Assembly (NCBI GenBank): GCA_963801355.1
Contig: CAWDEM010000004.1
Location: 768,001-832,000, forward strand
Length of the DNA: 64,000 nt
Direction of reading: 5' to 3'
Source: Ignavibacteriota bacterium
Lineage (GTDB): Bacteria; Bacteroidota; Ignavibacteria; UBA10030; UBA6906
The position numbers and the translations under genes were made by a program. Position 1 is the stretch's first letter; each line of letters opens with the position of its first letter. Below are positions 38,611-47,494 of this stretch, in pieces. Under the pieces are notes generated by a model. That model saw nothing but the letters and a program-made list of their open reading frames with translations. It was not told where the DNA came from and made no database searches.

Positions 38611-38658
38611 AGGGATTGATGAGAAGTGGATTTGACCACTGAAACCCAAGGAGGGGTC

Positions 38659-40155
38659 ATGCAGAGAACGATGCGGTTCGCCATTTGCGCCTCGGTGTTG
38701 TCGGTCGGGGCGAACGTTGCCTTGTGTCAGGGCGTCGTCATCGGACGCGACGATGTGACGTTGATGTTTGCCATCGGGCAAGCTGTGACATATCACCATG
38801 ACACATTGACCACATCCGCGGATATCGGTGCGCCGGGTGGCCCGGCAAGCTGGGATTTCACCGGCCTCACAACCCAGTTCGTTGAGACACGGACAGGTGT
38901 GGCTGTACAGTCCACGCTGTATGCTGCCGGGTTCCCTCAGGCCACACACGCCCTTCTTGATCCAGCACTTGCCATGCGCCTGAATACCGGTTCTCTTGGA
39001 TGGGCAACGCTGACGTCCCCCCAGGCATACTATTACTATAGTATAGGCGATGACCTGAACTACTACGGCGTTCAAGGAAACGGGATTGGATTCCTCGACA
39101 GTTCACCTGGCACGCCCATTCCTTTTTCAGCCCGGTGGTTTGGTCTGCCCTCGGCGATCGAGTATCGCTTCCCCGTCGAACTGTCAAAGAGCTGGTCCTT
39201 CGATTATGTCGACTCGCTTGTCGGTACCGCCACGTTGCCCGGTTTCCCCGTCCCCCTGTCGTTGACAATGGGCGATCACTACTCCGTCGCGTGTGAAGTG
39301 GACGCCTACGGCACACTCACGTTGCCCGGTGGGACCACGCGGGAGGCGTTGCGCATTAAGAGAGTGAGCACAAAAAACAACAGTCTGGTGGAAGCCGCGT
39401 ACACTATTGTGACAAGGAATGGGGCCGCTGTGCAATTGAAGGTGAACGATCCTTCCGCGACCAGCGGTGCCGTTTCAGTGAGCGGTATACGATGGACGGA
39501 AGGTGTGCCTGACGAACTGGTCCCGGTGCAACTGGCGAGTTTCACGGCAACGCAGCAGGAAGGAAGCACTGTTGATCTCGCGTGGACCACTCTCTCCGAG
39601 ACCAACAATTTCGGATTCTACGTTCAGAGAAAAGACTCAGAGGAGGGAGAGTTCGCGGAATTGACGGGTGCTTTTATCCCCGGCCACGGCACGACCATTG
39701 TTCCCCGGAACTACACCTATCGCGATGTTACCGGGGGGATCGGTGCGCGGTGGTACCGGCTGAAGCAAGTTGACCTTGATGGCACCGCTCATCTGTCGGA
39801 GCCGGTGCAGGTGAACGCTGTAACGGCTGTCCCGGCTATTGCTCCCGCGGTGTATGCGCTGTCGCAGAACTACCCGAACCCTTTCAATCCTTCGACAACG
39901 ATCCGCTACAGTCTGCCATATCGCTCTCATGTCAGACTGACGGTCTTCAATGCCCTCGGCCAGCAGGTTGCACAACTGGTCGACGGTGAAGTGCAGGGCG
40001 GGCAACATGAGGTACAGTTCGATGCGTCAGGCCTTGCCGGCGGCGTGTTGTACTACAGAATGCAGGCACGCCCTCTGGACTCCACCGTCGGGCGTGAGTC
40101 GGGGAGCGGAGGCGGGACTTTTCTCGAGACGAAGCAGCTGATACTTCTGCGGTGA
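38659..40155 (+). CDS. Secreted protein with T9SS type A sorting domain
   Basis: Signal peptide; 'VPVQLASF..LAWTT.SETNNFGFYVQR..YRLKQVDLDG' Ig module; CTD 'QNYPNPFNPSTTI'. Confidence 0.87.
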   Translation: MQRTMRFAICASVLSVGANVALCQGVVIGRDDVTLMFAIGQAVTYHHDTLTTSADIGAPGGPASWDFTGLTTQFVETRTGVAVQSTLYAAGFPQATHALLDPALAMRLNTGSLGWATLTSPQAYYYYSIGDDLNYYGVQGNGIGFLDSSPGTPIPFSARWFGLPSAIEYRFPVELSKSWSFDYVDSLVGTATLPGFPVPLSLTMGDHYSVACEVDAYGTLTLPGGTTREALRIKRVSTKNNSLVEAAYTIVTRNGAAVQLKVNDPSATSGAVSVSGIRWTEGVPDELVPVQLASFTATQQEGSTVDLAWTTLSETNNFGFYVQRKDSEEGEFAELTGAFIPGHGTTIVPRNYTYRDVTGGIGARWYRLKQVDLDGTAHLSEPVQVNAVTAVPAIAPAVYALSQNYPNPFNPSTTIRYSLPYRSHVRLTVFNALGQQVAQLVDGEVQGGQHEVQFDASGLAGGVLYYRMQARPLDSTVGRESGSGGGTFLETKQLILLR

Positions 40156-41276
40156 CACCTCCGCGATCGCACACGACCGGGACGGGTTTCTGGTCGGTAG
40201 TGTCCCAGGACCCTCTGTTTGACCTCGAGATAGTAGGAATAGTTGTCGTATGTCACATCCGGCGGGACCCTGTGATCGACGCAGGGAATATACCGCCCCT
40301 GATCTATCAGGGGCCGCAGGCGATCCATTTCCGCATCGATGGCATTCTTGCCCGCAATGAGGGCGTGTTTGTCCACACCGCCGAAGAGGAGGATCGCGGG
40401 CAGATCTTTCCTCAGCTTGAATACATCAGTATGAGCAACTTCGAGGGGGAACATGCAGTTGATGCCTGCTTCGAGCCAGCCGGGTGCGAGCTCGTGGATG
40501 CGCCCGTCGCAATCCAGCACGTTGACGTCAATACCATGCTCCGTCAGTGCGCGGGTAATTCGGCTGTAGCGGGGGATCATCATCTCTTTGAAAAGACGGG
40601 GAGAGAGCAGCGGGCCCCTGTTGTAGCACATATCCTCCCACCACCAGGCAAGGTCCACACCATGGACCGGCAGCGCCCGATCGATCAATGTGAGAGTTAG
40701 CTCGATAAGGTGGTCCATCATTTCCTCGACCCATGTCCGGTCGGTCATCAGGGCGATGGAAATGCCCTCGACGCCCATCCAGTTTCTCAGCCAGCCATAG
40801 AGTGAGCCGGCATGGAAAAAGACAGGCGATCCATCGACTTGCGCCTGCCGCAGCAGTGCTTCTACGTCGCCAATCCTCCCGTTCGTGTCCGGATCAAGAC
40901 GCTCCCGGCGTAAGCGCTCCCAGTCCTGCCGGGTTTCCAGCCCGAACTTGACATAGCGCGGCATGCTCGAGTGTTCGGAGAACACCTCGCAGATGTTTCC
41001 TTCATCGTCCCTGATCAATTCGCGGTCCCCATGCCTGGAGAGAACAGTCCGCTCAAAGGCGGGAAACAGCCCGTTTGATATCGGAAGCTGTTTGAACAGC
41101 GTGATGCCATCCAGGCCGAAGTGTTCCTCGGCGGTGGCATCTGTCGTCACTGTGACGGGCAGCCCCTGTGAGTGCCAGGCGGAAAGAGTTTCGCTCCAGT
41201 AGCCGAACTCCACGTTTGGAATCCGGTCGGTGCTCTGACCCTTGAGAACTGCAAGTATTTGTTTGCGGACGGTCAC
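40053..41276 (-). CDS. URO-D/MtaA-fold protein (second, divergent copy)
   Basis: GTG start with GAAGG RBS; 'EFGYW.ET', 'GWLRNWMG', 'WWEDMCYNRGPLLSP', 'DCDG', 'GGVDK', 'PCVDHRVPPDV'. Confidence 0.83.
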   Translation of the reverse strand: MTVRKQILAVLKGQSTDRIPNVEFGYWSETLSAWHSQGLPVTVTTDATAEEHFGLDGITLFKQLPISNGLFPAFERTVLSRHGDRELIRDDEGNICEVFSEHSSMPRYVKFGLETRQDWERLRRERLDPDTNGRIGDVEALLRQAQVDGSPVFFHAGSLYGWLRNWMGVEGISIALMTDRTWVEEMMDHLIELTLTLIDRALPVHGVDLAWWWEDMCYNRGPLLSPRLFKEMMIPRYSRITRALTEHGIDVNVLDCDGRIHELAPGWLEAGINCMFPLEVAHTDVFKLRKDLPAILLFGGVDKHALIAGKNAIDAEMDRLRPLIDQGRYIPCVDHRVPPDVTYDNYSYYLEVKQRVLGHYRPETRPGRVRSRRCHRRSISCFVSRKVPPPLPDSRPTVESRGRACIL

Positions 41277-41461
41277 GGAACCTTCAGGAGGAGAGTAGAG
41301 ATCGGGCGGCACAAGTCGCATCCACCATGCAAAGGTACGCAGTCTCGATACAAACCTCAAGGAGCGGGTGTGCGGCAGTCGCATTCGTGATTCTTCTCCC
41401 CTATATTGGTGGAGTCACCGTGATTCATAGAACGTGGTCTACGAGATTGAAGGAAAGAACG

Positions 41462-42994
41462 ATGTCGGAACCGGCAGAGCCTTGTTCGCGTGCGAATATG
41501 GTCAGCTATTCTGTAGGGGAATGCGCCAATTCTTTGATAATGAATTCGCTTTTCGGGTTTGCCATGCTGTACTACACGGATGCCCTGGGACTGAAGCATT
41601 CAGACGCCGGCATCGCCATGGCAGTAGCAGTGTTCTGGGATGCCATCACCGATCCCGTGATGGGTCATATCACGGACAACACCAGAAGCAGATTCGGACG
41701 GCGTCATCCCTATATCCTGCTGGGAGGGCTGGCAGTGATCGCCGCCTATGTGTTTCTGTGGTATGTCCCGAGTGTGTTTAGAACGAATGCGGAGACGTTG
41801 TTCTGGTATCTTGTCGGCATCAATCTTGTTCAGCGGACAGCCATCACCGTCTTGTACATCCCATACACGGCGCTCGGATTTGAAATGTGCTCCGACTATG
41901 GCGGTCGGGTAAGACTGCAGGGGATCAGATCCGCGATGAATATGCTCGCGAACATTCTGGGTCCGGGGCTGGCATGGTCCGTTTTCTTCTCTCACAACGA
42001 AATCGTCAGGGCGACATCGGTTGAGGAGAACTACTTGCGTATGGGACTAAGTTTCGCCGCTGTGTCCCTCTGCTGCATTCTCTTTGTCGTCGTCGCAACA
42101 AGGAAGTATATGAAGGACAGCAGGCACATGCCGGTCAAGGGTGCTTCTGTCGGCGGCTTCCTGCGGAATATGAAGGAGATCGTTTCGGATTTCTATCCCC
42201 GGTACGCGTTCGTGTTTATTATTGTCGTCACGGTGGGCATTGCACTTGTCAGTTCGTTACAGATGTATCTCTATGAGCATTTCATGAGATTCAGCGGTAT
42301 TGAAAAGTCGGTGGTTCATGGAGGGAGCATGGCTGGTTTTGGTGCGGGTGCATTGATGGCGTCTTTTCTGTCGGGAAAACTGGATAAGAAGGGCGCGGTG
42401 ATATTTGCGGGATCGCTGAGCGTTGCCTGCAATGTCGTGCTTGCCGCGCTGTTTCTTCCGGCCATCTTGACTCCCGGACAGTCTGTGACGATCTCCGCAT
42501 TGACCATTCCGTATGCATTTGTCATTTTTGCGCTTCTCCACGGGCTCTACTGGCTGGGCAACGGTATCATCTTTCCTACCGGCACATCCATGATGGCTGA
42601 CGTTTCGGAAATCAATGGAATCAAGACTGGAATCAACAAAGATGGCGCGTATGCCGCTGTTTTCAGCTTCGCCCAAAAATGTGCGATCTCTATCGCCGTC
42701 CTGGTGAGTGGATACAGCCTGACATTGATCGGGTTTGAACCCGGAAAGGAGGTCGTTCAGGCTCCGGAGACCCTGTGGAGGTTGTGTGCTGTGACACTGC
42801 TGGCAGGTCCTATGATCTCGCTCCTTTCACTAGCTTTGATATGGCGGTACCCGGTCACCCGCGAATTGCTCATGAACTTGAGGTCCGGAAAAGCTGCAGC
42901 GCTGAGGAGTAAGTATACGGCCCAAGCTCCTTGCGGCCCATGCTCGTCAAACGCACGTTGCAGTTATACCTTCGCTGAAGTAAGTTCTGTGTAG
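41462..42994 (+). CDS. Glycoside-pentoside-hexuronide (MelB-like) MFS transporter
   Basis: 'WDAITDPVMGHITDNTRSRFGRRHPY', 'IPYTALG', 'SMMADV', 'FAQK'. Confidence 0.9.
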   Translation: MSEPAEPCSRANMVSYSVGECANSLIMNSLFGFAMLYYTDALGLKHSDAGIAMAVAVFWDAITDPVMGHITDNTRSRFGRRHPYILLGGLAVIAAYVFLWYVPSVFRTNAETLFWYLVGINLVQRTAITVLYIPYTALGFEMCSDYGGRVRLQGIRSAMNMLANILGPGLAWSVFFSHNEIVRATSVEENYLRMGLSFAAVSLCCILFVVVATRKYMKDSRHMPVKGASVGGFLRNMKEIVSDFYPRYAFVFIIVVTVGIALVSSLQMYLYEHFMRFSGIEKSVVHGGSMAGFGAGALMASFLSGKLDKKGAVIFAGSLSVACNVVLAALFLPAILTPGQSVTISALTIPYAFVIFALLHGLYWLGNGIIFPTGTSMMADVSEINGIKTGINKDGAYAAVFSFAQKCAISIAVLVSGYSLTLIGFEPGKEVVQAPETLWRLCAVTLLAGPMISLLSLALIWRYPVTRELLMNLRSGKAAALRSKYTAQAPCGPCSSNARCSYTFAEVSSV

Positions 42995-43058
42995 TCCAGA
43001 AGCTCTACAGCATGTCGTTTTGGTCTATCGGGATATTCAGCACCAAGGAGAGTCTGAT

Positions 43059-43607
43059 ATGCGCACATGGATCTTTGCCCTTGCACTCATTTGCATAGCA
43101 ACGGCCGCAGAGGCCCAGCTGACCCGCACAGAAGTACTACGAGCCACGACGCCGCTCGACGACGCGAAACTCAATAGCGACGCGGTGCCGGAGGTCTCCA
43201 TCACAGCGGGGCAATTTCGACGCATTCTCGTCGTGCGTGAGAAACATCAAACCGATCTTCTCCAGGGCCTCGAGCGGATAATTGCACAGCACAAGATACG
43301 CAATGCGGTCATCCTCTCGGGGATCGGGTCGGTGCGCAGCATTCACTATCATACTGTCAGCAATGGCACGTTCCCCTCAAAGACCATCGACGTCAAAAAT
43401 CCTGTAGCCCCGGCTGATATCACGGGTATGAATGGTTATGTCATCGATGGCAGGGTCCATGCGCATGTGACATTTGCGGACGCGGACAGGGCATTCGGGG
43501 GGCATCTGGAGCCGGGGACCGAAGTGTTCACGTTTGCCATCGTGACACTTGGAGAGCTGCAGGAGGGCATAGACCTCTCGCGGGTTGACGACAAAACCTA
43601 CCGGTAG
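43059..43607 (+). CDS. DUF296/PPC-domain protein with signal peptide
   Basis: AAGGAG RBS; signal 'MRTWIFALALICIATAAEA'; 'ILSGIGSV', 'VHAHVTF', 'FGGHLEPG'. Confidence 0.85.
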   Translation: MRTWIFALALICIATAAEAQLTRTEVLRATTPLDDAKLNSDAVPEVSITAGQFRRILVVREKHQTDLLQGLERIIAQHKIRNAVILSGIGSVRSIHYHTVSNGTFPSKTIDVKNPVAPADITGMNGYVIDGRVHAHVTFADADRAFGGHLEPGTEVFTFAIVTLGELQEGIDLSRVDDKTYR

Positions 43608-43691
43608 CCTGATCGATGTTGGCGCGCTCTAGAAACTCTCAACAAAGAGTTGTGTTCTCTCAGCATAGGTGAATTTCTCTGAGGATTCCAT

Positions 43692-44291
43692 ATGACTCCA
43701 CACACAAACATGGACACTTCACAATCTCCCGAAATTCTTTCGTTCGCTTCGGCGGAGAAGTGGGAGCGTTGGCTCGCGAAGAATCAGGACCTCTCAGTTG
43801 GTGTGTGGCTCCGGTTCTTCAAAAAAGATTCCGGCGTTGCATCGGTGACTTATGATCAGGCGCTGGAGGTCGCGCTTTCGTGCGGTTGGATCGACGGGCA
43901 GCTGAAATCGTACGACCCGAAATCGTATCTGCGTAAATTCACTCCACGCCGGGCGAAAAGCTCCTGGTCGAAGCGAAACACTGACATAGTCCGCCGCTTG
44001 ATGAGAGCCGGCAAGATGAAACCTGCCGGCCTGAACGAGGTCCGGGCCGCGAAAGCGGACGGCCGGTGGACGAATGCATATGGCCCCGGAAGCACGATGG
44101 ACCTCCCCGCGGATTTTCTCCGGAGACTTTCCGGAAACAAAAAAGCCGAGACATTTTTTCAAACGCTCACCAGGACAAACACCTATGCCATCGCCTGGTG
44201 GCTGCAAACCGCGAAAAGACCGGAAACGCGGGAAAAGCGGATGAGGGCCATACTTATCATGCTGGCAAAGGGAGAAAAACTTCATGCCTGA
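43692..44291 (+). CDS. YdeI/OmpD-associated family protein
   Basis: 'WERWL', 'AL.CGWIDG', 'FTPRR.KSSWS.RN', 'AKRPETR.KR'. Confidence 0.9.
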   Translation: MTPHTNMDTSQSPEILSFASAEKWERWLAKNQDLSVGVWLRFFKKDSGVASVTYDQALEVALSCGWIDGQLKSYDPKSYLRKFTPRRAKSSWSKRNTDIVRRLMRAGKMKPAGLNEVRAAKADGRWTNAYGPGSTMDLPADFLRRLSGNKKAETFFQTLTRTNTYAIAWWLQTAKRPETREKRMRAILIMLAKGEKLHA

Positions 44292-44521
44292 CTACGCTCC
44301 CTGAGGGGGGGGGTACCGGGAACTAAGTGCAGAAACCGTTGGTTCTGATGGATGTGCGGCATGTGCGTGAGATGAAAGTCTGACTCTAGTCCTCCCTCCT
44401 GAATGACTGACTCCGTGCAGCTAACCAGTCTGTGAATCCCATCTCCGCCCGTGACGCACTGACAAAACACCGGCAGAAATCACTATGTGCTATACATTCA
44501 ATAATATACGAGGAGGGTGAG

Positions 44522-45625
44522 ATGAGAGGAAATGAACGTGGGGTCCAAGAGGTAGCGGTCGAGCACGCCACCGCTATTGACGAGCGCAAGATTGAAGCAC
44601 TGCTTGGGAAAGCTGTGACGGACTTCGGCGCTACTATAAGCACATCTATGGCTGTTGTGGGAGACAGGCTTGGCCTGTATAAGGCGGTCGCACGCTACGG
44701 TCCACTGGACTCACAGAAACTCGCCTCGATCACCGGAACACACGAGCGCTATGTACGTGACTGGCTGGTGAACCAGGCAGCAGGCGGCTACATCATGTAT
44801 GATCCGGAAGAAAACCAGTACAGTATGACCCCGGAACAGACAGCCCTGATGGCGGATGAAGACTCTCCATTCTACGTCGCCGGGGGCTTCCAGCTCTTCA
44901 GTGCGCTCATAAAGGCGGAGGGGCGCGTTCTTCACAATATTCGATCCGGAGACGGCATGTACTGGACGGAGCACGATCCTGGGCTCTTTGAAGGGACGGA
45001 ACGGTTTTTCAGGCCGGGCTATGAACAGAATCTGGTTAAGTCGTGGATTCCCGCGCTGAAGGGCGTCGAGGCGAAATTGATCTCGGGTGCACGCGTGGCC
45101 GATGTGGGATGCGGACATGGCGCATCGACGATCATTCTGGCGAAGGCCTATCCGAAATCACGATTCTGGGGCTTTGACTTCCACAACGCATCAATTGCAC
45201 GTGCAAGACTGGCGGCCGAGGAAGCGGGCGTCGCAGACCGCATCACTTTTGAAGTCTCGGGCGCCACGGAGTTTCCGAGGAAGGACTATTCACTCATCGC
45301 GTTTTTTGACTGTCTGCATGATCTACCGGATCCTGTCGGTGCAATTCGTCGGTCACACTCTGCTCTCGCCCCCGACGGAACAGTGCTCATCGTCGAGCCG
45401 ATGGCCACGGAGGACGTCGCGGGGAATCTCAATCCGGTTGGAAGAATATATTCCGCAGCATCGGTATTTGTGTGTATGCCAAACGCCATTGCCGGAGGCG
45501 GCATCCCGCTTGGAACATTGGCCTCCGAAAAATCACTCAGAGAAGTAGTGAACAAGGGAGGGTTATCTCACTTCACGCGCATTGCGGAAACGCCCTTCAA
45601 CAGGATCTTTGAGGCCAAGCCATAG
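44522..45625 (+). CDS. Class I SAM-dependent methyltransferase with N-terminal wHTH (Rv2258c-like)
   Basis: 'GDRLGLY', 'ERYVRDWL..QAAGGY', 'VADVGCGHG', 'FDCLHD', 'TPFN'. Confidence 0.9.
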   Translation: MRGNERGVQEVAVEHATAIDERKIEALLGKAVTDFGATISTSMAVVGDRLGLYKAVARYGPLDSQKLASITGTHERYVRDWLVNQAAGGYIMYDPEENQYSMTPEQTALMADEDSPFYVAGGFQLFSALIKAEGRVLHNIRSGDGMYWTEHDPGLFEGTERFFRPGYEQNLVKSWIPALKGVEAKLISGARVADVGCGHGASTIILAKAYPKSRFWGFDFHNASIARARLAAEEAGVADRITFEVSGATEFPRKDYSLIAFFDCLHDLPDPVGAIRRSHSALAPDGTVLIVEPMATEDVAGNLNPVGRIYSAASVFVCMPNAIAGGGIPLGTLASEKSLREVVNKGGLSHFTRIAETPFNRIFEAKP

Positions 45626-45827
45626 CGTCATGTCCCGGAGAACCGTGATGTGAGTCGCGTTCCGTCTGAGAATTTCCGGGTTGCCCGCAACAGGTCTTCC
45701 CGCGGAACAGAACGCTCGCTTTTGCGGTGTTCACCAAATCGGGCGGCTGCCGCGTGGATACTGGCGGCAGCCCCCCGACTCCAGCTCAATCTGAGAGTGT
45801 TGCAGGTCATCGCGAATCCATCGCTCT

Positions 45828-47299
45828 TCAGGGGGAAGCCTTTCGTGCCGACGCATTCAACAGTTCATCCGCGGCATGGACCAGATAGAGGTAACCGGCC
45901 GCGAGAGTGATGACATATTCATTTTCCCCCCAGAGGAAGGGCCAGTCGTCCTTGTTCTCCGGGAAATCGGGCTTGACAATGATAATACCGGGAACCACAC
46001 CGCCAGCGATGAAGGAAAAGTCTGCTCGATTGTTCCCGTAGGCGACTGTCTTTGACACAGCTCCAACCCCCGACACAAACGACGTCGACGAGCCAGGATG
46101 ACACCCGAAGAGGTACGCCAGGGCCCTCAAGGTGAACTCTGCCCCGACAATCTCAGGGAAGGCTTTGTGCAGGAGATAACTCGTATTGGCAAAGCCGACA
46201 ATGTACCCGTTTCCCCCCCAGGTGCCCGTGGAGATGGGAACACCAAAGGGGTTCTGCTTAGAGAGGCCGTCCGCTGGTCACCGTACTCAAGGACGTAGAG
46301 GCCATTCTCCGTGAGAGGTGTGAAATCAATCGTTGCATAGGAATAACGAAGATACTGGCCCCACCGTTTCGGCTCCGATCTGAACACTTCTGTTTCCTCC
46401 CCGCTCCCCGTGACTTTGAACAAGCGTGCAATGGGGAGGCGAAGATCGTTTCTGTCAAGTTCGACAACCGCAATCTTCTTTTGATTGGGATGATAACCCA
46501 TCTGCGAATAGGCAACCACGGGCGGCCGGGTCCACCCCGGGATCGTGCCGGCCGTGAGAACCCACTCGATTACCTTGCCGGCCTTTCCGGCAGGCAGAAT
46601 CGAGCGAACCACAAACCATCCGTTCTGTGCCTTATTGCGGCCGTCATACAGTAACAACTGCCCGGAATTCGAGTATATCGAGACGCGCCTTGCAGGGTCT
46701 TCCGGCGCAAGAACAAGCGAGCGCCCGGACGCGATGGACTTCGGCTCGACGAGACCCGGAGACACCCTTTCCATGGGACCGCCAGCAAACCGTGGAAAGT
46801 ATCCGCTCTTTCCGTCAATCAGGTACGCCTTGCTGAAATACGCGGACGGCAGGAACTCAAGGTTGAACCCGGCCCGACCTTCCAGAGCTTCAGGAAGCGG
46901 CTTCTCAAGGGTAACGGAAATGACGATCGTCCCCGCCTGTGGCGCTACACGCACTGAGTATGCGAAACCATACGAGGGATACCTGAGAAACGCCTCAATG
47001 CTTTGCCCATTTCTATCGACTTTTCGCTCTACAAACTGAGGTACGGGGTCCCATTGCTCCGGCGTCGGGTCGAGCCTGACATCTCCATTGGTCGCGGTCC
47101 TCACCCCGTGATGGATGATCTCGACCCCGCTCATTTTGGAATCGCTGAAGAGCTCGTTGTACCAGTTGCTGTACACCAGAACAGTGTAGTCTCTGGTCTC
47201 AAAGTACTCGAGTTCGTTCAGCCTGGGTCGCTCAGCGTCTTCAGGCGAACAGGTGAGGAGGAGAGGCAGGAGGGGGAACACTGTCAGGCCAACCATCAC
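45828..47299 (-). pseudogene. GH9-type glycoside hydrolase with an out-of-frame internal deletion of the catalytic core
   Basis: The N-terminal part with Ig-domain 'SQMGYHPNQKKIAVVE' stops being recognisable at about 46262. It is joined directly, in another frame, to the C-terminal part 'QNPFGVPISTGTWGG..HKAFPE..LFGCHP..FVSGVG..AYGNNRAD..WGENEY'. Confidence 0.78.
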
Positions 47300-47494
47300 G
47301 ATTTCTCCTTGTTATTCCTGGCCCAAGGTAAGGAGGGGAAGCGGTATGAGCAAGGTGAAACATGAGCCCCTTCGTTGTGTTCCGGACCTTGTTGTTAAAT
47401 TTCTATTCGAACGCGGACTTGCACCTGGACGACCAGAGATGTAATTTTGGGTACCTTCATACACTACTTCACACCATGAAAGCACCCGGAACAT

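Noticed and set aside
34495-41276. URO-D-fold genes as hemE
   Set aside because: No WxMRQAGR motif and no tetrapyrrole genes nearby.
44292-44521. Intergenic G-run and short hairpin as a riboswitch
   Set aside because: I could not match it to any riboswitch consensus.
45628-45910. Short ORFs between the methyltransferase and the GH9 remnant
   Set aside because: No RBS or motif support.
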